A stretch of DNA of 63,482 nt from Terriglobia bacterium. GTDB lineage: Bacteria > Acidobacteriota > Terriglobia > Versatilivoradales > Versatilivoraceae. Location of the stretch: the NCBI GenBank assembly GCA_041476565.1, contig JBGOTQ010000003.1, positions 1-63,482 of the forward strand, given 5' to 3'. The notes beneath the pieces are model-generated. The model was not told the origin of the DNA, made no database searches, and saw only the letters and a program-made list of their open reading frames with translations. A program made the translations under genes and the position numbers. Within the stretch, counting starts at the first letter, position 1. Each line of letters opens with the position of its first letter. Below are positions 10,116-19,516 of the stretch, piece by piece.

Positions 10116-13100
10116 ACTGATCCAGGAGATGGCCTGCCTGAGTACATCAGGGAATTGTGCCCCCAGGAGCGCTGAAATGGGAAGGAAGGCATAGGTCAGG
10201 ATTCGGAAGACAAACGCCCGGTCCCAAGTAACTCGGCCAGGAGTAGTTCCAGAAAGGAGACTCAAAACGGCATCCCGGTCAATCTGGACGAAGACGATCA
10301 AGGTGAGCGCGACAAAAGCTAAAATAATCGACCAATTATAGAGAAGAAGAAGGTCGCTGGGCTGGAATGGATAAGTGATGACTGCCAGCAGCATGAGCAG
10401 CAGCCCCACCATCACGAAGTAGACCAGGTTCTGCATTTGCGCAAAAACCAAGGCGAGAAGGTGCACGATCCGGCTCACCAAGAAACCCTCAGCCAGCGAC
10501 TGCCATTTCTTCTCACCTGTCCTGATCTCCAGCTTCGGCGGGATAGCGGAACCCGCCAGATGCCAATAGGGCTCGAGTGCTGAACTCAAAGTTTTCGATA
10601 GGGTTGCCAAGCTTTCCAGGGCAGTGCGTCGCAGCCTAAGTGCCTTCCGCCATTGGCCGGTGGCCTCAGCCTGCAGCGAAGCTGCAAGGTGTGCCTCGGA
10701 ATTGTTGACTTGGTGATCAAGGTCCCCAAGGGAGGAGGAAAGCCAAGACCGCAGATCGGGCGAATCCATGCTTGACAGGGGGTCAGAGGCCAGTTCCCTG
10801 GAGAGTCGAAGGACCTTACCCGCCTGGTCGACTGACATCTCCAGAAGGCCGAGACTCGGAGGTGCGGCGGTGAGCTCAATTTTCGACACAGTGGGAAACT
10901 GTTCTCGGAACTCCGGGTACGCGCTGCGCAAAGGATGCCAGGCCATGCGCCTGAGCAGCAGCCTCAATTCTCGCCAGACGCAAAGAAATCGCAAAAAAGA
11001 CAGCGAAAGCGCCACGTAGACGACAAAAAAGACGACACCGAAAAGAGCGTCATACGCTGACCCTTCCACGGTGTGCACCAACCGCACCAGGAAGATCCGG
11101 TAGCAGGGGAAGCCCAGCAGAAAAACCAGGACCAGGCTGCCGGGAAGACTGAACACCGGCTCGTATAGGCAACGGCGGACTCGCCCCTCCTGTTCCAGCG
11201 AACCAGTGAAGGAGGCCGACTGGAAGCCGAGCACTGATGTGGATGAATCCAATTCTTCCATCATTCTCAGTCGGCGGAGACAGCACACGGACCATAGAAA
11301 ACCGGCACTTGCAATCATGAGCAGCGGCAACAATGGCGACAGGCCGCTGAAAAGGCTGGAGGAACGCAAGTGAATAAAAAAGGCGGTCACCGGCTCTTGT
11401 CGGGCGGTAAGAATCCAGGAATAACAGAGCCGTACACAAAACACCAGGGTCAGCAAGGTTCCTGCCGACAGGGCTAAGGCGGAATTAAGTCCGGTGAAGC
11501 GGGTGATGAAGGGCCGGCCGGAAGACAGCCGGCGATTCTTCCGCTGACTCACCATGCCCATCACCAGAATGCGACAGAGGTTGAAACCTGAACAGACGCA
11601 CAACATCAGTACAGAGAGGAGAAAGAGTCTCAGTAAGACCATTCCCAGGAAATAGCTGACAGACTGGCTCCATCCCAGGTATGCAGCGTAAGCACCCAGC
11701 CAACCCCGGGATGAGCCGCCGGCGAGAGAAGTCCCTCCCACACTCAAGCTAATATTCAGGGCTGCGAGATCCTGCAGAAAAAATGCCGTAACGATGACCA
11801 GATAAAGTCCCAACAAAGTAGAAATAGCGAGCAGCAGGTAAAGTCGGTATTCATTTCTATAGGGACGGAAGACCAGGTCGCAAGAGAGCCTGGTCAACCA
11901 GTTCGTCTTCTCGGACAGCCGCCTACGCCATCGTTTGAGGAGAGAGGCGGTCCTCAGGGGGAACTGCTGAAGAACCAGCCACGACGGGATGGCACACAAG
12001 AGGCCTACCAATAACAAGGCACTCAATTCAAACTCGGAGCCACCGCCCTGGGCCAAATGAAGATCCCGCCCCTTTAGCAACAAAGGTTGCGACAAAACCG
12101 GATAAAGATACCCTTCCTTGTCTGAGTAATTCAGCAGTCTCACTGGCCAGAGCTGATCGCGCCCCACCTGCGCGATCCAAAGCGGCGGGGCGGTTTTGTC
12201 GCCAGGGGTCTTTTCACTACAGAAAGGCGGACCGTACTCCAGCATTTCCTCAGAATGTCCCAAAAGCGCCAGAATCGCGTTGTACACGCCCTGTGAAGTA
12301 TGATTCGGGAATTGCAGCCGTGCCCGGTCCCCACTCCATGGGTAACTCCAGAACTGGTTAAGGTTGAACAGCGGATAAGGCGTAGCAACCAGCATCCCGC
12401 GCAAGTCTTGATTGACATCAGGATGCAAGTAGAGGAGGTCGGAACTGAAAGTGAACAATACCGCTTGGGGACAGTGCTGGCGGATCTCGCGGGCCAGAAG
12501 AATCCGGTCTCGAACATCGGTCGCCAGCAGCCCCACATAGCGGATACCTTCCCGGGAAATGGTGGAGAGTAGGGTAGCCAGGACCAGTTCAACCGAAGAA
12601 GTCTCCAATTTCGAAGTGACGGGGAGAACATCCCTGGGTTCACTGCTCTCGGCCAGGGCTATCGGCATAAAGGGGGTCGTGCTGCTTGTCAGTTGCGAAG
12701 AGCCTTCTTTCCGAAGGGGACTTGTTTTTTCTGAAGCACTACGCAGTTGGGATATATGGAGCGGGAAGGTGAGCCACAAGGGTTTTTCGGGATCCCTTGA
12801 GCTCGGGTCTGTTTCCCGTGTCTTAGCTTGAAGCATACTGCGGCTATGTTGGCCGTAGACCGTGTTTCCTTCGGCCAGGACGGCAATCCTGTGGCGGTTG
12901 TTGGAATCCAGGGTTTCGAGGAAATTGAAAAAGGCTCGAAAAGCAGGTTGGTCAGGGATCACAGTGGAGTGAAAGCTTGCTATTGGCCTATCCTTGCCCA
13001 GCATGAAGAAGGAACTCTTATCAATGGCGGTGGCACTGCCGGACACGATTCGAAATTCAAGGTGTTCTGGTTCTCCCATCTCACGGAACCAGGTCCTGAG

Positions 13101-13841
13101 CACAAACTCCAGGGATTCCGCCGACCCTGAAAACGAGGGGCTCATTAGTCGCACGAGCCAATGCGGAGCACCCGGCTGGCTGTCGAGGCGCTGCCGACTG
13201 CCGGTCTCTGGCTGAAGGCGATGCCATCCTCCTAGTTGTGCGATCTGATTCAACGCATCGAGAAGCGCCGCTTTATGAATCCCACTGGTGGGGGTTTCCC
13301 CGACCAGAAACAGCGACAGCAATCGCATATCGCGGCTATTTCGAAATAGGACAACTCCCGGCTCGTACTCATAACGTCTTGCCTCAGACACTTGTCCTTC
13401 CCTGGTTGGTCCTGAATTCTCGAACCAAGGCAAGTCAAAGAGATCAGGCAAGTACCCAGCCACTTCGAGCGCCCGCTGTATCGAATCCAGGTACCGGTCG
13501 TACAAATAAGGCAGCCGGGAGTCGAGAGGATCCGGCACTGTTGCGATCAAGAATTCAATAGAATAGGCGCGGCGGCGATCCCCCTCCCGCCAGGTTGCCG
13601 CCGGTTGACTTGGCATTTCACCAAGAAACTCGTGGAGCAGATAGGCTGCCGAGTGCGGGGGGTAAGGGTTTCTGTTGGTACGGGACCCCTCCTTCTGAGG
13701 CTTAGAGGTCTGAGCGGGCTGTGCAGTCAGGAGTGCCTTTCCTTCAGTGCCGGGAGGACCAGTGGAACTCAACCTGGGAAACAGCAGCACGATGACGAAT
13801 GCAACGGGAAGCACTAGTTTCCCTAAGCTACGGTTTTCCAT
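10095..13841 (-). CDS. Large multi-pass membrane protein of unknown function (~1248 aa)
   Basis: Long ORF with a signal/anchor helix, a ~600 aa soluble region and many hydrophobic helices. Start chosen at MENRSLGK. Confidence 0.85.
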   Translation of the reverse strand: MENRSLGKLVLPVAFVIVLLFPRLSSTGPPGTEGKALLTAQPAQTSKPQKEGSRTNRNPYPPHSAAYLLHEFLGEMPSQPAATWREGDRRRAYSIEFLIATVPDPLDSRLPYLYDRYLDSIQRALEVAGYLPDLFDLPWFENSGPTREGQVSEARRYEYEPGVVLFRNSRDMRLLSLFLVGETPTSGIHKAALLDALNQIAQLGGWHRLQPETGSRQRLDSQPGAPHWLVRLMSPSFSGSAESLEFVLRTWFREMGEPEHLEFRIVSGSATAIDKSSFFMLGKDRPIASFHSTVIPDQPAFRAFFNFLETLDSNNRHRIAVLAEGNTVYGQHSRSMLQAKTRETDPSSRDPEKPLWLTFPLHISQLRSASEKTSPLRKEGSSQLTSSTTPFMPIALAESSEPRDVLPVTSKLETSSVELVLATLLSTISREGIRYVGLLATDVRDRILLAREIRQHCPQAVLFTFSSDLLYLHPDVNQDLRGMLVATPYPLFNLNQFWSYPWSGDRARLQFPNHTSQGVYNAILALLGHSEEMLEYGPPFCSEKTPGDKTAPPLWIAQVGRDQLWPVRLLNYSDKEGYLYPVLSQPLLLKGRDLHLAQGGGSEFELSALLLVGLLCAIPSWLVLQQFPLRTASLLKRWRRRLSEKTNWLTRLSCDLVFRPYRNEYRLYLLLAISTLLGLYLVIVTAFFLQDLAALNISLSVGGTSLAGGSSRGWLGAYAAYLGWSQSVSYFLGMVLLRLFLLSVLMLCVCSGFNLCRILVMGMVSQRKNRRLSSGRPFITRFTGLNSALALSAGTLLTLVFCVRLCYSWILTARQEPVTAFFIHLRSSSLFSGLSPLLPLLMIASAGFLWSVCCLRRLRMMEELDSSTSVLGFQSASFTGSLEQEGRVRRCLYEPVFSLPGSLVLVFLLGFPCYRIFLVRLVHTVEGSAYDALFGVVFFVVYVALSLSFLRFLCVWRELRLLLRRMAWHPLRSAYPEFREQFPTVSKIELTAAPPSLGLLEMSVDQAGKVLRLSRELASDPLSSMDSPDLRSWLSSSLGDLDHQVNNSEAHLAASLQAEATGQWRKALRLRRTALESLATLSKTLSSALEPYWHLAGSAIPPKLEIRTGEKKWQSLAEGFLVSRIVHLLALVFAQMQNLVYFVMVGLLLMLLAVITYPFQPSDLLLLYNWSIILAFVALTLIVFVQIDRDAVLSLLSGTTPGRVTWDRAFVFRILTYAFLPISALLGAQFPDVLRQAISWISSSEILK

Positions 13842-14266
13842 CCCTATCCCCTTCAGTTGGGCCCTGATTACAAACAGCTCTTGGATTTTTAGTTTGGGCA
13901 AGACTCTAATTCTTCCTGACTTGTTTTGCAAGGGGTAAACAGACCAAGTGAGAGCGTGCGACAAATATGTGAGTGGTAGGGTTGATGCCTTCAATCGACC
14001 GCGGCCGACGGTGGAACATCCGGCATAGCAGCACCCCAATAGCCTATTCCGGTTCATCAGACTTGCGGGGGAGGAAGCCGTTGCGGAATGGTCCCACAGA
14101 TCTGTTGCACACCCCCAGGTAAGAGTCCACTTGAATCTAGAGATATTTGCCGGTAAGATTAAACTATAGTGAAAAAAGGAATCCCTGTGGGTGTGCCTCT
14201 CGCGACTCTCCAAGGACGAGGAGGGCCACTGGAATCCCGATTTTCAAATTCAATACAGGAGGATAC

Positions 14267-14608
14267 ATGAAAAAACTGTTCCTGATTCTGGCCATGCTGG
14301 TTACTCTTTCTCTAGGGTTGCAGGCTGCCTCTGAAACCTGGAAGGGAGTGGCATTAGTGGACGGTATGTGTGCGTCTAAGGTGAAAAGCGATCCAGACAA
14401 GCATACCACCAAGTGTGCACTCCAGTGTCAAGGGAGTGGCTATGGGCTTGTCACAGCAGATGGCATATTCCTGAAGTTTGACACTGCGGGGAACGACAAG
14501 GCGCTGGCTGCGCTGAAGGCCACAAAGAAGGCTGATCACCTGCGAGCCACGGTGACCGGAGAGAAAGATGGGGACACCATCAAGGTGGACTCTCTATCTC
14601 TTGACTAA
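14267..14608 (+). CDS. Small secreted Cys-containing hypothetical protein
   Basis: AGGAGG RBS and signal peptide MKKLFLILAMLVTLSLGLQA. Cys in GMC and KCALQC. Confidence 0.82.
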   Translation: MKKLFLILAMLVTLSLGLQAASETWKGVALVDGMCASKVKSDPDKHTTKCALQCQGSGYGLVTADGIFLKFDTAGNDKALAALKATKKADHLRATVTGEKDGDTIKVDSLSLD

Positions 14609-14722
14609 GCAAGGAGAATCACCACTGGTTGTGGCTGGAAGTCAGACCGTTTGCCTCGCTTCCGTCTGATCCGGAGGACAAATTGGCCCTTGGCGTACCC
14701 GGATTCCTGAAGCCGATGGGCT

Positions 14723-14887
14723 TCAGGAATTCCCTCCGTTCATCGGGATGTTGTCGAGCATCTGGCGCATTGTCTCGACGACGGCTCGGTCAGAAAGCTC
14801 CTGGTTCCCCATGCCCATGGTTCGGGCAGCGGCAATGGCCGCCTCTTCCACGACTCTTAAAAACTCTCTGGAAAGTTCCTGTTCCAC
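14723..14887 (-). pseudogene. glpX: Class II fructose-1,6-bisphosphatase N-terminal fragment (54 aa)
   Basis: EFLRVVEEAAIAAARTMGMG..SDRAVVETMRQML..IPMNG matches the GlpX start. The expected IGEGERD continuation is absent in every frame. Confidence 0.8.
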
Positions 14888-14989
14888 TGGTTTTCCTTCA
14901 TTGATGATGACGCATCCTTGTGCTGGTGCCATTCCAAATTGGCAATTCAGAGGAACGTAGAAGATAACCGACTTTCAGAAGGGTTGAAG

Positions 14990-15066
14990 TGGTGGGCGGT
15001 GCAGGAATTGAACCTGCGACCTCATGCGTGTCGAGCATGCGCTCTAGCCATCTGAGCTAACCGCCC
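14990..15066 (-). tRNA. tRNA-Val (GAC)
   Basis: GGGCGGTTAGCTCAGATGGCTAGAGCG, anticodon arm CATGC-TCGACAC-GCATG, GGTTCAATTCC T-loop, encoded CCA. 77 nt. Confidence 0.96.
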
Positions 15067-15641
15067 AATCTGTGGTCTGATTGGCAGAACTCTTACTTCA
15101 TCGACGGCAGGGCTTACCTGTTTGTGCGCCAAGAACGCTTTCCCACCCACATAGCCGTTCGTTGCCTTTCCATGCCAAAATAGCGCCCAAAAGAACTGAT
15201 GTCGGAGCCCCACATAGCCGCCCCGGCTAAAGATAGTGGAACGTGCCGAGCCTGTCAATCAGTATCTGGCACAGGAAAATAGATCTTGACATTCCACTCC
15301 TGCTGTATCATTTTGGTATTACAAATTCCCAAACAATGGTTGTTTTCCTTTGGCCAAAAGGATGTTCTTGCATGGTGGCTATGGATTCCAAAGCCCTAAG
15401 GAACAGTCCCAGTTCCACTCGCGGGGGAGTGGCAGTTTGCACCGCTGTCGAATGGAAGCCCTTCCGGAGTGACCCTAAGCAGAAGCTTCTAGCAGGGTTC
15501 GGGAAGGAAACAGGACTAGCCTTGATTGATGACGACACGCCTCGTGGAAACAATCCATTGGATTAGGTAGTTGTCTCAAAGAATGAGTTTTTGGCAGGGG
15601 GGAATTTCCTGCCCTTCGCAATAACCACAAGGAGGAATCAG

Positions 15642-16688
15642 ATGACCAGCAAACGAGAATCGACACGATACCGTCCTATGAACGTTCTTGTGGCCCGAGG
15701 ATCTCGGGCCGAGAAGCATTTTCTTGCGCTGGCTGCGTTGCCTGGAGGTGAGGTGGCGCATCCGGAGGTAATTGCCCCTGGTGTTCGTCCAACGCCGAAG
15801 CATAATCTGATAAACCATGGTGGGAAGACCATTCAAGATCTGATCTTCACGAATTCTTATCTGGGGGGCGCTGAAAGCTGGAATCAGAGCGACATTCTGA
15901 ATATCGACAAGTCACTGGCTGCAGCCATGTCAGACACGGATCTCAACAATGTAATGATGCAGTATTTCGGCAACCAGGCGATAACCAGTAGCTCGAAACC
16001 CTCGCAATTTTTGGATGGGCCGAAACCATCTGTGTTCTCGCAAGGAGATGTCGAGAATCTAGTCACACAACTCTATTCACAAGGCAGGCTAAGTGGATTT
16101 GATTTGGGGAAGACGGTTCTCAACTTTATGTTGCCTAGTGGAACGGTCCTGACTACAGACGAGACCCCTTCGCATCAGGCCAGGATACAACCCCCTAAGG
16201 GCGCATCGGTCCACAATCCTGTTCATCCGGAAGAAGAGGCCAGTTCCCTCCAAGGTTTGGGTGGCTATCATGGGTCTGTCCACGCTTCCACTCAAGACAC
16301 CATCTATTACGCCATAGGTGTCTATTCTGAAACACTTCCAAATGGAACTGACAATGGCATCGTTGCTTTTGACCAGCCCTGGAAAAACATTGTGGCCACC
16401 TTCTATCATGAACTGAATGAAGCCAGGACGGATGCCGATGTAGAAGACGCCATCAGGGCAGGGAACGATCCCCAAGCCATCAAATTTCTGGGATGGATGT
16501 CGCGACAGGGAGAGGAGTGTGGGGATTTCCCGATGTTCGAGGTAGGTGCGGACCTTAACCTGGTGATGAAGGAAGTGGCGCTAACCGACGGCAGCGGTAC
16601 AGTGCCTGTCCAGTTTCAATACTCGAACGCCGTTCGGGGTCCGGAGGGTCCGATTCCTTCGCCACACAGGGCAAAAGGAGTAGCCTGA
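15642..16688 (+). CDS. Hypothetical protein with HELxEAxTD motif (Phi-1/EXORDIUM-like)
   Basis: GGAGG RBS. NHGG, GGYHGSVH and FYHELNEARTD motifs. Family assignment is from memory. Confidence 0.6.
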   Translation: MTSKRESTRYRPMNVLVARGSRAEKHFLALAALPGGEVAHPEVIAPGVRPTPKHNLINHGGKTIQDLIFTNSYLGGAESWNQSDILNIDKSLAAAMSDTDLNNVMMQYFGNQAITSSSKPSQFLDGPKPSVFSQGDVENLVTQLYSQGRLSGFDLGKTVLNFMLPSGTVLTTDETPSHQARIQPPKGASVHNPVHPEEEASSLQGLGGYHGSVHASTQDTIYYAIGVYSETLPNGTDNGIVAFDQPWKNIVATFYHELNEARTDADVEDAIRAGNDPQAIKFLGWMSRQGEECGDFPMFEVGADLNLVMKEVALTDGSGTVPVQFQYSNAVRGPEGPIPSPHRAKGVA

Positions 16689-16748
16689 TTCGGGTTGAAA
16701 ACCCAACTGTCTCAGTAAAGTCACGTTGCTTATTTGAAAAGGAGTATT

Positions 16749-17741
16749 ATGTCTACCAGCGCGGCGATCCAGCATGTCGTAATCATCGTCAAAGAAAACC
16801 ACTGCTTCGACAACTACTTTGGCACATTCCCCGGCGCCGAGGGGGCGAAGTTGGGCCTTTCAGCGAATCCGCCGAGAGTAGATCCAGACCACCGTCACGT
16901 GGCGTGGTTGAAGCGAAGTGGGACGGCTGTCCGTGAGCAATTCACCTCAAAAGATATCCCCGCTTATTTTGCTTACGCGCGCGAGTTTACACTCTGCGAC
17001 CACTACTTTACTGACGTCGCGGGACCATCCACGCCAAACCACCTGATGCTCATCGCCGGCGATTCCCCAATAATTGATAACCCCCACCAATATAGGCTCC
17101 CGGTAGGTGCGCCGCTATTCAAGATCCCCTCGTTGCCAGGAAGTCTGGAAAAAGCAAAATTGACCTGGGGGAACTACGGTGGTTACGCCTTCGACTTCAT
17201 CGAAGAGTTACACCGTCGTCACAAATACCCGTCCACGCAATTCTCCGCAGACGCCAGCGCCGGAAAGCTGCCGAATGTTTCCTGGGTCTACGCACCTCAT
17301 GACGCGAGCGAACATCCGCCCGACCCAAAAGATCGAAGTAATGCCTTGGTTGGAAATGTCACACACGGGATGCAGTGGACGGTGGATCAGGTCAATTCTA
17401 TCGTCAAGGGGAGCCTCTGGCCGAAGACCGCCATCTTCATTACTTGGGACGACTGGGGTGGTTGGTATGATCACGTTGATCCCCCCAACGTGGAAAAATG
17501 GACTGATGGAACGCAATTCCGTTACGGTTCCCGCGTGGGCTGCCTGGCGCTCAGCCCTTATGCCAAACGAGGCTACATCTCCAGGCAACTGCATTCCCAT
17601 GTGAGCCTGCTCAAGTTCTGTGAAACCACGTTTGGTTTGCCACCCCTTAACCAGCGCGTCAGCACCGCACAGGACATGACGGATTGTTTCGATTTCAAGC
17701 AGCAGCCGAGTCCACCGCCACCGACCAAACCAATGATTTAG
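16749..17741 (+). CDS. Phosphoesterase / phospholipase C (AcpA/PlcN-like) family protein
   Basis: IQHVVIIVKENHCFDNYFG, FTLCDHYF..GPSTPNH, ITWDDWGGWYDHV, YGSRV...SPYAK. Confidence 0.92.
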   Translation: MSTSAAIQHVVIIVKENHCFDNYFGTFPGAEGAKLGLSANPPRVDPDHRHVAWLKRSGTAVREQFTSKDIPAYFAYAREFTLCDHYFTDVAGPSTPNHLMLIAGDSPIIDNPHQYRLPVGAPLFKIPSLPGSLEKAKLTWGNYGGYAFDFIEELHRRHKYPSTQFSADASAGKLPNVSWVYAPHDASEHPPDPKDRSNALVGNVTHGMQWTVDQVNSIVKGSLWPKTAIFITWDDWGGWYDHVDPPNVEKWTDGTQFRYGSRVGCLALSPYAKRGYISRQLHSHVSLLKFCETTFGLPPLNQRVSTAQDMTDCFDFKQQPSPPPPTKPMI

Positions 17742-17924
17742 ACATTGCCTATACCACTAGGAGCGGGTCCCGAGGTCTTTGGACTCTGAAGAATTCCGGA
17801 ATGACTGGATCTTCTCAATGGTCCAGTCTCGCTCCGGTCACAGACTCTCTTTCCGGTCACTCATTGCTCGAAGTCCAATTTTCCACACCGGCTGACCCAT
17901 TGCTAACTGGACGATTTGGGAACT

Positions 17925-17959
17925 TTGACACTTGACAAAGGTGTCAGCAGTTTGATATT
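17925..17959 (+). promoter_or_regulatory. Sigma70-like promoter with overlapping palindrome
   Basis: TTGACA at 17925 and 17932, GATATT at 17954, TGACAC-N9-GTGTCA at 17926..17946. Confidence 0.5.
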
Positions 17960-18150
17960 TGAATATATTGGGGAGTGTTGAAATTGGCCCGTTTCGGTAC
18001 TGCGGGCCTTCTCTTCGGACGTCGTTGAAAGGGAGCGGGAAGCATCATGTGGACGGGCATGGATCTTCGGTTTCAGATGATCTTTCTGGGTAACCGAAAA
18101 GACGTTTGGTTACGCAGCTAGAACGCCTTTTGTAAAATCGGCCCATTCTG

Positions 18151-18192
18151 AAACCGACAAGCTTTGTTCCTCAAGTTATGTCGGTTTTTTTT
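18151..18192 (+). terminator. Intrinsic terminator in the leader of the HNH gene
   Basis: AAACCGACA...TGTCGGTTT stem followed by a T run. Confidence 0.75.
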
Positions 18193-18298
18193 ACCCAACG
18201 GAAGAGAGGATTAGTGAAAGGTGAAACTCTCTCCAGTGTTGGAAGAGCGCTTCATCTAACTGGATGCATCTTTAAGGCTCGGGAGCTGGAAACAAGGT

Positions 18299-18826
18299 AT
18301 GGAAACAACTCTCCTACTCAACGCGTCTTTTGAGCCGTTGAAAATCATAACCTGGCAAAGGGCGATCACCTTGCTGTTTGCCGGCAAGGTGGAAGTCATT
18401 GAAGAGTACACGCGTGAAATTCACAGTGTGACCTTTTCAATGCGGCTGCCTTCGATCCTCCGATTGCTGAAGTATGTGAGGGTAAGAAGGACCCGAGTCG
18501 TCAAGTTTTCTCGGGCCAACATTTACGCACGTGACAGGCACACCTGCCAGTATTGTGGCCAGACCCTCCCGAGCGATGAGCTGACGTTCGACCATGTGAT
18601 CCCTGTATCGCGCGGGGGCACCAAGAACTGGGAAAACATTGTGACAGCCTGTATCGAATGCAACCGTAAGAAAGGAGGGAAGACGCCTGAGGAAGCCGGA
18701 ATGAAACTGGTCCAAAAGCCGCATGAACCCCTCTGGGTTCCTAGTTTCAATGTAACCTTCGTCTTCAAGAATTCCCCCGAAAGCTGGCGGGATTATCTAT
18801 ACTGGAACGTAGAATTGGAAACCTGA
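18299..18826 (+). CDS. HNH endonuclease (McrA/HNH_5 type)
   Basis: LLLNASFEPL, RDRHTCQYCG, TFDHVIPVSRGG..WENIVTACIECNRKKG. Confidence 0.95.
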   Translation: METTLLLNASFEPLKIITWQRAITLLFAGKVEVIEEYTREIHSVTFSMRLPSILRLLKYVRVRRTRVVKFSRANIYARDRHTCQYCGQTLPSDELTFDHVIPVSRGGTKNWENIVTACIECNRKKGGKTPEEAGMKLVQKPHEPLWVPSFNVTFVFKNSPESWRDYLYWNVELET

Positions 18827-18901
18827 AGCATTCCACTGTCTATCCGATTCCCTCCATCGTCCGGGAGGTCATCCTATTCTGGATATTCAACGCCACTCCC
18901 C

Positions 18902-19453
18902 ATGTCCTCAACCCCAAAAGTCCAGTTGCGTGCCTTCGAGCCGGAGGATCTCGATATTGTCATCCGTTGGGTCAACAATGAGGCGGTCACGCTAAATCTT
19001 TCCGACTTCCTCCTCTACCCCGTGTCCCGGGCCGACGAAATGAAATGGCTCGAGAGTGTTTCCATGGCCAACCCCAACGAGAAAACCTTCGCCATTGAGA
19101 CTAATAACGGCCGACTGATCGGGTCGGCGGGGTTACGCGGCATCAATTGGGTGGAACGCAAAGCCGAACTGGGGATTATGATCGGCGAGACTGATTGCTG
19201 GGGGCAGGGATATGGCACCTCGGCGGTACTCGAATTATTGCGGATCGCCTTTGAAAAGATGAACTTGAATCGGATCTACCTGCGCGTGTATGAGGGCAAC
19301 TCGCGGGCAATCCGGGTTTATGAGAAATGCGGTTTTCGCGGGGAAGGAATTCTTCGGGAAGACCACTATTCGAGCGGAGCATACCATAACACTCTGGTTA
19401 TGGGGATCCTGAGGAGAGAGTACTTCGAGGCCTATCACTCTGCCAGCACTTAA
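18902..19453 (+). CDS. GNAT N-acetyltransferase, RimJ/RimL family
   Basis: AELGIMIG..WGQGYG, LNRIYLRVYEGNSRAIRVYEKCGF. Confidence 0.92.
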   Translation: MSSTPKVQLRAFEPEDLDIVIRWVNNEAVTLNLSDFLLYPVSRADEMKWLESVSMANPNEKTFAIETNNGRLIGSAGLRGINWVERKAELGIMIGETDCWGQGYGTSAVLELLRIAFEKMNLNRIYLRVYEGNSRAIRVYEKCGFRGEGILREDHYSSGAYHNTLVMGILRREYFEAYHSAST

Positions 19454-19516
19454 CCCTCTGATGACTACTTCAGAGGGAAGAGTCTTGGTCGGGAATCTCG
19501 TGATGCCCACAAGGGT

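Noticed and set aside
13842-14213. N-terminal extension of the 1372-aa ORF
   Set aside because: Non-protein-like sequence upstream of a clear signal/anchor helix. It overlaps the divergent promoter region.
10095-15066. Integrated element at tRNA-Val
   Set aside because: No integrase and no duplicated tRNA 3' end (att site) found in the window.
18200-18235. Glycine riboswitch in the HNH leader
   Set aside because: GAGAG..AAACTCTC is present, but the GCCGAAG/CAGG core is absent. Treated as a plain hairpin.
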